From NCBI GenBank assembly GCA_052148295.1, contig JBKQIP010000174.1, positions 16,256 through 80,255 of the forward strand: a stretch of DNA of 64,000 nt, in the 5' to 3' direction. Made by a program: the position numbers and the translations under genes. The notes beneath the pieces were generated by a model. The model was not told the DNA's origin. It was given only the letters and a program-made list of their open reading frames with translations, and did no database searches. Positions 43,504 through 52,147 of this stretch are shown one piece after another. The stretch's first letter is position 1. Every line of letters starts with the position of its first letter. This DNA is from Acidimicrobiales bacterium. Its GTDB lineage: Bacteria > Actinomycetota > Acidimicrobiia > Acidimicrobiales > RAAP-2.

Positions 43504-44541
43504 ATGAGCGACGTGCCCTCTCCGCTGATGCCGGCAGCCGTCTATGTGGGAGCCGGCAAGATCGAGGTCGACTACGTTCCCGTCCCCGAGCCGCGCCCCG
43601 GAGAGGTGTTGGTCGAGATCGCCGAGTGCGGGATCTGCGGGTCCGACCTCCACCTGGTCCTCGAGGACTACGCCAAGCCCGGGTCCATCCTCGGCCACGA
43701 ATGGTCGGGCGTGGTGGTCTCGGGGGACACCAGCGGCTGGGCGCCCGGTCAGCGGGTGGTGGGGAACCCGACGCCCGGATGCGGCGCGTGCCGGGCCTGC
43801 CGGCGGGGCCGGCCCTCCGTCTGCCTACACCGCCCGCCCGCCGACCTCCTCGGGTCGCACGGCGCCTTCTGCCGCTACAAGAGCGTCTCGACCGGCAACG
43901 TGCTGCGCATCCCCGACTCACTCTCCAGCCGGGCGGCGGCGCTGACCGAGCCGACGGCCATCGCGCTCCACGCCGTGCACATGGGCCAGGTGGATCCTGA
44001 CGATCGCGTCCTGGTCACCGGCGGTGGACCGGTCGGGTTGCTCATCGTCGCCGTCCTGCGCTCCCGGGGGGTGACCGACATCACCGTGAGCGAGCCCTCG
44101 CCCATCCGGCGCGAGCGGGCGCGGGCCGTCGGGGCGACACAGGTGGTGGTGCCCGACACCCTGGTGGACCCGCCCGTGGGCGTGTCGGTCGCCCAGCCCT
44201 ACGCCGTGGCCTTCGAGTGCTCCGGTCGGGCCACCGCGGTCGAGGGTGCGCTCGGCCAGCTGGACTACGCCGGCACCCTGGTCGTGGTGGGAACCGGCTT
44301 CGTGCCGCCGCGGGTGAACCAGAACCGCATGATCATCTTCGAGCTCGAGATCGTCGGCGCCTACAATTACGACGCGGCGGGCTTCGCACCCGCGGTGGAG
44401 CTGCTGGACAGCGGCGCGCTGCCCCTCGAGTTTCTCCTCGAGCCCGAGGACATCCCCCTCAGCGGGGTGATGGACGCCATGGAGCGGCTCTCCCGGGGGG
44501 AGATCCCGGGCAAGGTGCTGGTGCGACCGGAGGCGCCGTGA
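43504..44541 (+). CDS. Zinc-dependent medium-chain alcohol/polyol dehydrogenase
   Basis: This is the real part of track ORF 42487..44541, from ATG 43504. Motifs: CGICGSDLH, GHEWSG, structural zinc CGACRACRRGRPSVC and NAD fold VTGGGPVG. Confidence 0.85.
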   Translation: MSDVPSPLMPAAVYVGAGKIEVDYVPVPEPRPGEVLVEIAECGICGSDLHLVLEDYAKPGSILGHEWSGVVVSGDTSGWAPGQRVVGNPTPGCGACRACRRGRPSVCLHRPPADLLGSHGAFCRYKSVSTGNVLRIPDSLSSRAAALTEPTAIALHAVHMGQVDPDDRVLVTGGGPVGLLIVAVLRSRGVTDITVSEPSPIRRERARAVGATQVVVPDTLVDPPVGVSVAQPYAVAFECSGRATAVEGALGQLDYAGTLVVVGTGFVPPRVNQNRMIIFELEIVGAYNYDAAGFAPAVELLDSGALPLEFLLEPEDIPLSGVMDAMERLSRGEIPGKVLVRPEAP

Positions 44542-44999
44542 GCACCGAGGCCGCCTTTCGTCCCCGGATCAATCACGTGGCCATCAGCGTGGACGCCGCA
44601 CTGCTCGACCCCGAAGGGCGGGCCACGCTCCTCGCCTACTTCTCCGAGGTGTTCGGATGGACGGAGGGGGACAACACCGGCGAGACGGGCAATCCGCTCA
44701 TCCTCTACACCGGATCGCTCCGCCAGTTCCTCTACCTGCTGCCGGCCGCCCAGGACTTCCTGGTGGCCCCTCCGCTCGACCATTTCGGGCTCGAGGTGTC
44801 CTCGGTCGGAGAGCTGGAGGCGATCCTGGCGCGGGCCAGGGAGTACCAGCAGAAGGACGACCGGGTCCGCATCATCGACATCGGCACCATGGTGACCCAC
44901 GGCCCCACCGACGACTACACCTTGACCAACGCCTACATCGGGTTCGTGCTCCCGCTGATGATCGAGTTGCAGCACATCGAGCGCCAAGCCCGGCCCTGA
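44538..44999 (+). CDS. VOC (glyoxalase/bleomycin-resistance/dioxygenase) family protein
   Basis: GTG 44538 overlaps the ADH stop (GTGA). INHVAISV and DHFGLEV are the paired beta-alpha-beta-beta-beta metal ligand blocks. Confidence 0.65.
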   Translation: MSTEAAFRPRINHVAISVDAALLDPEGRATLLAYFSEVFGWTEGDNTGETGNPLILYTGSLRQFLYLLPAAQDFLVAPPLDHFGLEVSSVGELEAILARAREYQQKDDRVRIIDIGTMVTHGPTDDYTLTNAYIGFVLPLMIELQHIERQARP

Positions 45000-45035
45000 G
45001 CCGGCTGCCCTGAGCCGGCTGCCCTGAGCCGACCG
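44994..45035. repeat. Tandem repeat, 14-nt unit ccctgagccggctg x3 (third copy has 2 mismatches)
   Basis: Read directly: 44994-45007, 45008-45021 and 45022-45035. The first copy contains the TGA stop of the VOC gene (44997-44999). Confidence 0.9.
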
Positions 45036-45176
45036 GCCCCGCAGCCCGGCGGCGTTCCGGACCAGGTCTCCGGCCCGCCTCGGGGGGCGACGCCAACCGG
45101 CGTCCGGGCGAGGTTACCCTGCAGGTCTCCCTGGTCATGAGCCGTTGCGACCGGGAGCATTCCGAGATCCATTTCC

Positions 45177-46955
45177 GTGGTGCGGGACCGACTCATGGAG
45201 AGGAGCGAGAGAGTGCGGGGGTGTGCCGAGGCGATCGTGGGTCGCAGCCCCATCCCTCCGCGGCGTGCTCGCACCACGGTGGCGGCGCTCCTCCTCACCG
45301 GCGGGCTGCTCGCCGGCGGGCTGCTCACCGCTTGCGGACCGCCCGGCAACCCTGAGTCGCTGAGCACGCAGTACAGCTCTCCGGCCCAGATCCGATCCGA
45401 GGGCAACGGGCAGCACACCGTACTGGCATCCGACGGCGTCGTCTCCGGGGCGCTCCGGGCCCCCGGGGGTCCGTACCTCTATGACCGGTGGGGCAGGATC
45501 GTCACCCTGCACGGCGTCGACGCCGTGTACAAGCATCGCCCATTCGAGCTGTACCCCGATCCGGGCAGACCCTGGGACTTCACCGCCACCGACGCCCGGC
45601 GCATCGCCGATCTCGGCTTCGACGTGGTGCGTCTGGGGATCCTGTGGCAGGGACTCGAGCCGGGCACCGGCGGCCCGAACGACCCGGCCACCTGCACGGT
45701 CGGCGCACCCGGCCACGACTCCCTGTTCGACCAGGCGACGGTGGCCCGCTACCTGGCCCACGTCACCCGCACCGTCGACCTCCTCGGTCGGTACCACATC
45801 TACACCCTGCTCGACATGCACCAGGACGTGTACAACCAGGCGTTCCGCGGCGAGGGAGCGCCGGGCTGGGCCGTCTGCACCGATGGTCGGCCCATCGTGC
45901 CCCTGGGCGGCCGTTGGTCACGGAACTACAGCAGCGGGACCCTGATCACGGCCGAGACCCATTTCTGGCTGAACAACGTGGTCGGCAACCTGCAGGGTCA
46001 GTTCGACCAGGCCTGGGCGATGGTGGCGCACCACTTCGCCGAGAACCCCTGGGTCGTCGGCTACGACCCCTACAACGAGCCGTACTCCCCTGGGCTCTCC
46101 ACCTCCGGCGCCCAGACCTTCGCCGTGGACCTCGAGTGCTTCTACACCGGGCGGGCGCATCCCGGCACGCTCGACACGGGCTCGACGCCGATCGTCTGCC
46201 CGCCCGACGACCCGGCCGAAGGCGTCGTGCCCCGGATCGAAGCGGCCGACCCGCACCATCTCGTGTTCATCGAACCCGACAACTTCTCGGTGCGCCACCA
46301 CCTGCCGAGCCTGCTCGGTCGCATGGCGTTTCCCCGGCTCGTCTACAACTTCCACGCCTACTGCATCTTCAGGGACCCCGACACCGGCGACCCGACCGAT
46401 GTCGACGCCTGCAGCAACGAGGTGCTCCGCAACATCTCCACGCGCCAGCGAGAGCGGTCGGCCATGTCGACCAGGAAGCAGCCCGGCGGGCCGGCCTGGT
46501 TCATGAGCGAGTTCGGTGCCACCGACAGCGTGGCCCTGCTCGATCAGGTCACCGGCCTCGCCAACGACGTCGAGCTCGGTTGGGCCTACTGGGCCTGGAA
46601 GTTCTACGACGACCCGACGGGCAGCTCCCATGAGGGGCTCGTCGCGGCCGACGGCCGATTGAAGGCGACGGCCAAGGTCCTCTCCCGCCCGTACGCCCAG
46701 GCCATCGCCGGCACACCCGTGTCGACGCTGTTCGACATCGACGACGACCGCTTCCAGCTCGTCTATGCACCGTCACCCGACGTGGCCGCGCCCACCGTCA
46801 TCTTCGTGGACGGTGCCATGCAGTACCCGCACGGCTACTGCACCTCCGTCGTCGGCGGACAGGTCACGTCCCCGGCCGGCGCGACCCACGTGCTGGTGCA
46901 ACCGGATCAGGGCGCGACCCGTGTGTCGGTCACCATCGCCGGCGGGCCATGCTGA
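45177..46955 (+). CDS. GH5 glycoside hydrolase lipoprotein, endoglycoceramidase-like
   Basis: Lipobox LLTACG. GH5 acid/base block YDPYNEP and nucleophile block FMSEFG. The block LLDMHQDVYNQAFRGEGAPGWAV resembles endoglycoceramidase-type GH5 enzymes. The start is uncertain (45177, 45195, 45213 or 45237). Confidence 0.65.
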   Translation: MVRDRLMERSERVRGCAEAIVGRSPIPPRRARTTVAALLLTGGLLAGGLLTACGPPGNPESLSTQYSSPAQIRSEGNGQHTVLASDGVVSGALRAPGGPYLYDRWGRIVTLHGVDAVYKHRPFELYPDPGRPWDFTATDARRIADLGFDVVRLGILWQGLEPGTGGPNDPATCTVGAPGHDSLFDQATVARYLAHVTRTVDLLGRYHIYTLLDMHQDVYNQAFRGEGAPGWAVCTDGRPIVPLGGRWSRNYSSGTLITAETHFWLNNVVGNLQGQFDQAWAMVAHHFAENPWVVGYDPYNEPYSPGLSTSGAQTFAVDLECFYTGRAHPGTLDTGSTPIVCPPDDPAEGVVPRIEAADPHHLVFIEPDNFSVRHHLPSLLGRMAFPRLVYNFHAYCIFRDPDTGDPTDVDACSNEVLRNISTRQRERSAMSTRKQPGGPAWFMSEFGATDSVALLDQVTGLANDVELGWAYWAWKFYDDPTGSSHEGLVAADGRLKATAKVLSRPYAQAIAGTPVSTLFDIDDDRFQLVYAPSPDVAAPTVIFVDGAMQYPHGYCTSVVGGQVTSPAGATHVLVQPDQGATRVSVTIAGGPC

Positions 46956-46973
46956 GGCGGGGCGGGCCGCCAA

Positions 46974-46991
46974 GGTACATCATATTGTTCC
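46974..46991. promoter_or_regulatory. Imperfect inverted repeat GGTACA-N6-TGTTCC in an AT-enriched stretch upstream of the TetR-MFS operon
   Basis: Read directly. The half-sites match 5 of 6 as reverse complements. It lies 65 nt upstream of the TetR start, in the locally lowest-GC segment, so it is a candidate autoregulatory operator. Confidence 0.25.
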
Positions 46992-47055
46992 TTAGCTCCA
47001 CTACACTGAGGCCCATGGCGACGAGGACGGACCTCGCTGAACCGGCCGTGGCGAC

Positions 47056-47643
47056 GTGCCCGCACAGCCTCTGAGCCCCGGGCAGCACGCTGAAATCAGG
47101 AACCTGGTCGTCGCGCTCACCGCAGAACGCGGCTTCGACGGTTGGCGCATCCGGGACATCGAGGCGGCCACGGGCGTCTCCTCGCGCACCCTCTACAAGT
47201 ACTTTCCCAGCAAGGAGTACCTGCTCCTGAGCTCGCTGGTGGCCCAGGTGGGATCCCTCGAGGAGTTCCTGCCCGAGCGCCGACCCCGCGGCCGCACGCC
47301 GAGCACCCGCGTCCTGAAGGTGATCCGCGCCCTCACCGACGTCCAGATGCAGGTGCCGAACCTCTCGCGGGCCATGATCCGGGCCCTCACCTGCGGCCAG
47401 GAGGCCGTGGCGCCGGTCCTGCTGGGCTTTCACGACCTCTTTCGCGATGCGCTGGCGGCGGCCCTCTCCAACGGCGTGCCGACCGAGTCCGATCGCGACG
47501 TGGCGGAGGTCCTCGAGCAGGTCTGGTTCGCCTCCATCGTGGCCTGGGCCTCGAACATCCAACCACCGTCCTACGTGGAGGACGCCGTGCGCCGGGTGCT
47601 GAAGCTGGTCGAAGGGCAGCGACGTGACGGGGAGACGCACTGA
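47056..47643 (+). CDS. TetR-family transcriptional regulator
   Basis: N-terminal HTH: WRIRDIEAATGVSSRTLYKYFPSKEYLL. Confidence 0.9.
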   Translation: MPAQPLSPGQHAEIRNLVVALTAERGFDGWRIRDIEAATGVSSRTLYKYFPSKEYLLLSSLVAQVGSLEEFLPERRPRGRTPSTRVLKVIRALTDVQMQVPNLSRAMIRALTCGQEAVAPVLLGFHDLFRDALAAALSNGVPTESDRDVAEVLEQVWFASIVAWASNIQPPSYVEDAVRRVLKLVEGQRRDGETH

Positions 47644-48955
47644 GCACGGATCCGAGTGCCTCGTGGACGACGTAGTCCCGCCCGGATCCGCGCCGAGCCG
47701 TCCGCTCCGGTTGCACGGCTGGAGGGAGCCGGCGGTCCTCGGTGTGGCCCTGGTGGCCGTGGCGGCCGGCTTCGGGCAGTTCGGTCTGACCGCCACGCTC
47801 GGCGACGTGGCCCGGCACTACGGCCATGTACTGCACGGCGGCTCCATCACCGACAAGGCCGGTCTCTCGGGCACCGAGCTCGGCCTCGGGCTGGCGGCGA
47901 TCCGGCTGGCGTCGCTCGGTGGCCTGCCCCTGGCCGGGCTGGCCGACCGGGTGGGCCGGCGGCGGGTCCTGCTGCTCACCTGCGGTCTCGGGCTCGCCGT
48001 CACCGCGGCGTCGGCGGCCAGCCCGGGGTACTGGTGGTTCGTCTTCATCTTCGCCCTGGGTCGGCCGCTCCTGTCGGCGGCGTACGCCGTGGCCCAGGTG
48101 GGGGCGGCCGAGGAGACCGGTTCGGGCCAGCGCGCCTCGGCCGTGGCCCTGGTCGCCGGCGGCTACGCCCTCGGCGCCGGCGCCACGGCCGTGATCTACG
48201 GGTCGACCGGGCACACACTGGGGTTCCGGGGCATCTTCGTCCTGGCCCTCGTCCCCCTGATCGCGCTGCCGTTCGTGGCGCGGTGGGTGACGGAGCCCGA
48301 CCGCTTCCTCAACATCGAGGCCTCCGACGAACGGCGGCCGCCGATCCTCGGCGCGGTGGCCCGCCCCTATCGGGCCCGGCTTGCCCTCGTCGTGCTCCTG
48401 ACCTTCGCATTGGCGGTGATCACCGGCCCGGCCAACACCTTCGTGTTCCTGTACGCCCAGAACGTGAAGCGGTTCCCCGGCTACGCCGAGTCGGCCATGG
48501 TGGTCGGTGCGGGGATCCTCGGCTTCGCCGGCCTGCTGGCCGGGGTGTGGTTGGCCGACCGCATCGGTCGACGCCCGACGGCCATGGGGGCCATGGTCTG
48601 CATCGGGGCGTCCGCCATCCTCTGCTACAGCGGCGGGTCGATCGTGCTGGTGATCGGTTACCTGACCGGCATCACGGCCGGTGGGGTCATTGCGCCCGCG
48701 GCGGGAGCCTTCGTCAACGAGCTGTTCCCGACTGCGGTCCGGGCATCGGTGGCCGGGTGGAACGTGGCGGGAGCGGTGCTGGGAGCCGTGGCCGGCCTGG
48801 TGCTGTTCGGCGTCATCGCGGACGTGGGCAATCGCTTCGGCCCGGCCGCCCTGTGGACCTTCCTCCCGGCCATGGCGGTGAGCACCCTCGTCTTCCTCCT
48901 TCCCGAGACCCGGGGGCACGAGCCCGAGTACTTCTGGCCCGACGAGGGCACATAG
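47624..48955 (+). CDS. MFS transporter
   Basis: About 12 hydrophobic helices. MFS motif A-like blocks GLADRVGRRRVLL and WLADRIGRRP. The start is uncertain (GTG 47624 overlaps TetR by 20 nt). Confidence 0.8.
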   Translation: MTGRRTEHGSECLVDDVVPPGSAPSRPLRLHGWREPAVLGVALVAVAAGFGQFGLTATLGDVARHYGHVLHGGSITDKAGLSGTELGLGLAAIRLASLGGLPLAGLADRVGRRRVLLLTCGLGLAVTAASAASPGYWWFVFIFALGRPLLSAAYAVAQVGAAEETGSGQRASAVALVAGGYALGAGATAVIYGSTGHTLGFRGIFVLALVPLIALPFVARWVTEPDRFLNIEASDERRPPILGAVARPYRARLALVVLLTFALAVITGPANTFVFLYAQNVKRFPGYAESAMVVGAGILGFAGLLAGVWLADRIGRRPTAMGAMVCIGASAILCYSGGSIVLVIGYLTGITAGGVIAPAAGAFVNELFPTAVRASVAGWNVAGAVLGAVAGLVLFGVIADVGNRFGPAALWTFLPAMAVSTLVFLLPETRGHEPEYFWPDEGT

Positions 48956-48963
48956 GTCCCGGC

Positions 48964-49389
48964 GTGGCGGGTCGGGAGATCCCGGGACCTCGGCTGCTCA
49001 TCGCCCTGGCGGTGGCCGGCCTCGCCGCGGCCGTCGCGGCCTCCTTCACCCATCCCTTCACCCCGGGCGCGGACGTCGTCACCGCCATCCCCCTTGGCAT
49101 CGCCGTGGTGGTCCTGGCGCGTCGGCGGCACGCCGATGGGCGCCCCGCCTTGGATCCCCACCCGGCGCCCCCCGCCACCGGGTCGGTGCCGGCGCACCGA
49201 TGGGCGTCGGTGTGGCTCGCCCTGGCCACCGCCATCGTCGGCTGGGAGCTGTACTGCTACCTGAGCGCTCCCCGCTCGGCACACCCGACGTTGAGCGTTC
49301 TCATCAACATGCTCGAGGCCACCCCGACCGGGAAGGCACTGGCGTTCTTCCTGTGGCTCGCCCTCGGCTGGTACCTGGTCGTGCCGTGA
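48964..49389 (+). CDS. Hypothetical membrane protein (141 aa)
   Basis: This is the in-frame tail of track ORF 47656..49389, from GTG 48964. It has three or four hydrophobic helices (LLIALAVAGLAAAVAA, AIPLGIAVVVLA, VWLALATAIVGWELYCYL, ALAFFLWLALGWYLVV). Confidence 0.5.
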   Translation: MAGREIPGPRLLIALAVAGLAAAVAASFTHPFTPGADVVTAIPLGIAVVVLARRRHADGRPALDPHPAPPATGSVPAHRWASVWLALATAIVGWELYCYLSAPRSAHPTLSVLINMLEATPTGKALAFFLWLALGWYLVVP

Positions 49390-49586
49390 GCGGCCGGGAC
49401 TGGTCCTTCCTGGTCTGGGCCTGCCTCGGCGGCGCCGTCCTGGCCTGGCTGGTGATCACCTGGGTGTGGCGGGAACGCCTGGCCACGCTTGGAGCGGTGG
49501 TGAGCGGGTGGCGACGGAACCGGGTGGCCCGGGTCCTGCTGGTCGTGGGCTGGATGTGGCTGGGCTGGCACGCGTTCGCCCGCTGA
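49386..49586 (+). CDS. Hypothetical small membrane protein (66 aa)
   Basis: GTG 49386 overlaps the upstream stop (GTGA). It has two Trp-rich helices (FLVWACLGGAVLAWLVITWVW and VLLVVGWMWLGWHAF). Confidence 0.45.
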   Translation: MSGRDWSFLVWACLGGAVLAWLVITWVWRERLATLGAVVSGWRRNRVARVLLVVGWMWLGWHAFAR

Positions 49587-49599
49587 GGCTGCCCCCCCG

Positions 49600-51153
49600 T
49601 CAGCGGAGGCGTTCGGTCAGGTGGGCGCCCACCCGCAGGGCGTTGGCCATCGCCGTCAGCGCCGGGTTCACCGCGCCGATGCTGGGGAAGAAGCTGGTGT
49701 CGACCACGTAGAGGTTGTCGAGCTCGTGCGCCTTGCAGTCGGTGTCGAGCACCGACGACGACGGGTCGGTGCCGAAGCGGCACGTGCCGGCCTGATGGGC
49801 CACGCCGGCCACCGGGATGCTCATGGCCATGTAGAAATTCTTGTCGAGCACGTGGTGCTCGGCCATGCCCACGTGGTTGAGGATGGTCTTGAGCTCCCCG
49901 TAGAGGTCGGCCGCCTCCTTGTCGTTGGTGGGCGTGTAGGACAGGTGGATCTGACCGTCACCGTCGACCGTCACCCGGTTGTCCGCCCGGGGAAGGTCCT
50001 CGGTGGTGAGCCACCAGTCGACCCCGTGCTGGGCCACGTCGTCGAGGGTGAAGCGGGGGGCCAGGAGCGTGAGTTTGGGCTCCTCGCCCTTCATGGCTCC
50101 GGCATTGGACTTCCCGATCATCTGGATGTTGCCCAGCGGGAAGGGGCGCCCGTCTCCGGCCAGGTAGAAATCGTTCAGGCCGAGGGTCTTTTGGAAGACC
50201 GTCTCGTTGGGTTCCTTGGACAGCGACACCACGGCCTTGCAGTTGTGGAACATGTAGTTGCGGCCGACCTGGTCCGAGCCGTTGGCCAGACCCCGGGGGT
50301 GGGCGTCGTTGCCCGAGTTCAACAGCAGCTTGGCGCTGTTGGAGGCGCCGGCCGAGACCACGACGATGTCCGCGGCGTAGGTCTCGCGGTTCCCGTCGCG
50401 CTCGACCACCACCCCGCTCACCGTGCGACCGCTCGGGTCGGTCTCGAGGCGGACCGCCTCGGCGTTGACCAGCAGGGTCACGTTGGGGAGGTCGAGCAGC
50501 GGGCGGACGGCCACCACGTCGGCATCGGCCTTGGCGTGGACCAGGCACGGGTACCCGTCGCACCAGGCGCAGCGGATGCACCGGCTGCGGGCGCGATCGC
50601 CCTCGTCGAGCAGGATCCCGCAGGGGGCGGAGAAGGGGTGGTACCCGGCGGCGGTCAGGTTGTCGTTGATCTCCTGCAGGCGGGGTTCGTGGCTCACCGC
50701 CGGATGCGGGTACGGCCTCGACGCCGGTCCGTCGGTCGGGTCCTCGCCGCGGTTGCCGTGCACCTCGTAGAGCCACTCGGCCTCGGTGTACCACGGCTCG
50801 AAGTCCTCGTAGCCGAGGGGCCAGGCCGGCGACGGGCCGTCCATGTGGTCGATCTGGCCGAAGTCCTCGGGGCGCAAGCGGTACAGCGCCGCCCCGTAGA
50901 GCTTGGTGGCCCCCCCGACGAAATAGTGCACCTGGGGTTGGAAGGGGTGCCCGTCGTCGTCGTACCACGTGTCCGGTGAGATGTACTTCCCGTCGACGAA
51001 GACGGCGTCGGGGTTCCAGTTGTCCATCTCGCGGGGCAGGAAGTCCCCCCGCTCGAGGAGCAGGATCTTCTTCCCCGACGCCGCCACCGCGTGGGCCAGG
51101 GTCCCGCCTCCCGCGCCGGTCCCGATGATGATGAGGTCGTAGTGCTCTGGCAT
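49600..51153 (-). CDS. GMC-family FAD-dependent oxidoreductase
   Basis: N-terminal fold YDLIIIGTGAGGGTLA...LLLERG. AAGGAG lies upstream of the ATG. The C-terminal HQAGTCRFG and VVDTSFFPS blocks are typical of GMC enzymes. Confidence 0.85.
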   Translation of the reverse strand: MPEHYDLIIIGTGAGGGTLAHAVAASGKKILLLERGDFLPREMDNWNPDAVFVDGKYISPDTWYDDDGHPFQPQVHYFVGGATKLYGAALYRLRPEDFGQIDHMDGPSPAWPLGYEDFEPWYTEAEWLYEVHGNRGEDPTDGPASRPYPHPAVSHEPRLQEINDNLTAAGYHPFSAPCGILLDEGDRARSRCIRCAWCDGYPCLVHAKADADVVAVRPLLDLPNVTLLVNAEAVRLETDPSGRTVSGVVVERDGNRETYAADIVVVSAGASNSAKLLLNSGNDAHPRGLANGSDQVGRNYMFHNCKAVVSLSKEPNETVFQKTLGLNDFYLAGDGRPFPLGNIQMIGKSNAGAMKGEEPKLTLLAPRFTLDDVAQHGVDWWLTTEDLPRADNRVTVDGDGQIHLSYTPTNDKEAADLYGELKTILNHVGMAEHHVLDKNFYMAMSIPVAGVAHQAGTCRFGTDPSSSVLDTDCKAHELDNLYVVDTSFFPSIGAVNPALTAMANALRVGAHLTERLR

Positions 51154-51200
51154 GGCTGCTCCTTGGTTGCGGCTCCGCGGCGTGATCGCCCGCGTCGCGG

Positions 51201-51977
51201 TCAGAGCCCGGGGCTGCTCTGCATGATGCCGCCGTCGGCGAAGATGGTGGTGGCGGTGACGTAGCTGGCACCGTCACCGGCCAAGAAGGCCACCACGCTG
51301 CCGATCTCGGAGGGTTCGGCCATGCGACCGATCGGGATGGCCGCGTTGAGGGTGGCCAGCTTGCGCGGGTCCGCCATGGTCTCGGCGTTGATCGGCGTGT
51401 CCACCGCACCCGGACCGACCCCGGTCACCGTGATCCCGTGCGGTGCCAGCTCGACACCGGCGCAACGGGTCAGCATGCGCATGCCCCCCTTGGAGAGGCA
51501 GTACGCCGTGTTGCCCGGCATGGGCCAGTCCTCGTGCACCGAGGTGAGGTTGATGATCCGCCCGCCGCCCCCCTGGGCGATCATCTGCTTGGCCGCCAGC
51601 TGGGTGCCGAAGAACGCGCTCTTCAGGTTCACGTCCAGGACGAAGGCGTACTGCTTCTCAGTGGTGTCGAGCACCGAGGTGCGGGTCTCGACGCCGGCGT
51701 TGTTCACCATGATGTCGAGCCGGCCGAAGGCCTTGACGGCCGAGTCGACCAGCATCTGGAGGTCCTCGACCTTGCTCACGTCCGCTTCGATGCCGATGGC
51801 CTTGTCCCCGAGCGCCTCGACCTGGCGCTCGAGGTCCTCGGTGGCGTCGGGGTTGCTCACGTAGTCGATGACGATGTTCGCCCCCTCTTCGGCCAGGGCC
51901 AGGACGATGGCCTTGCCGATGCCGCTGTTGCCGCCGGTGACGATGGCCACCTTCCCCTTGAGTGCACCTGTGGCCAC
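51201..51977 (-). CDS. Short-chain dehydrogenase/reductase, glucose 1-dehydrogenase-like
   Basis: TGGNSGIG, NNAG and catalytic YCLSK. GTG start (rc cac 51975-51977) with AGGAGG 6 nt upstream. Confidence 0.88.
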   Translation of the reverse strand: MATGALKGKVAIVTGGNSGIGKAIVLALAEEGANIVIDYVSNPDATEDLERQVEALGDKAIGIEADVSKVEDLQMLVDSAVKAFGRLDIMVNNAGVETRTSVLDTTEKQYAFVLDVNLKSAFFGTQLAAKQMIAQGGGGRIINLTSVHEDWPMPGNTAYCLSKGGMRMLTRCAGVELAPHGITVTGVGPGAVDTPINAETMADPRKLATLNAAIPIGRMAEPSEIGSVVAFLAGDGASYVTATTIFADGGIMQSSPGL

Positions 51978-51995
51978 GGGCCACCTCCTCTTCTC

Positions 51996-52075
51996 AGTGC
52001 CGGACGCTTCTTTCGTGCTCGGACTCTTGTCGGACTCTTGTCAGTGCTCGGACGCTTGTCGGTGCGCGGACCGGG
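51996..52075. repeat. Array of 4-5 direct repeats, consensus GTGC(T)CGGAC(G/T)CTTGTC, immediately upstream of the SDR-GMC operon
   Basis: Read directly: agtgccggacgcttc (51996-52010), cgtgctcggactcttgtc (52014-52031), ggactcttgtc (52032-52042), agtgctcggacgcttgtc (52043-52060) and ggtgcgcggaccggg (52061-52075). It lies between the SDR start (51977) and the GH15 stop (52148). Confidence 0.85.
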
Positions 52076-52147
52076 CTCGCTCCGCGGCGCCGGCCCCCGC
52101 CGGGGCCACCGCTCCGCTGGTGCCGCGGGCGGGAGCGCGGTCGGGGG

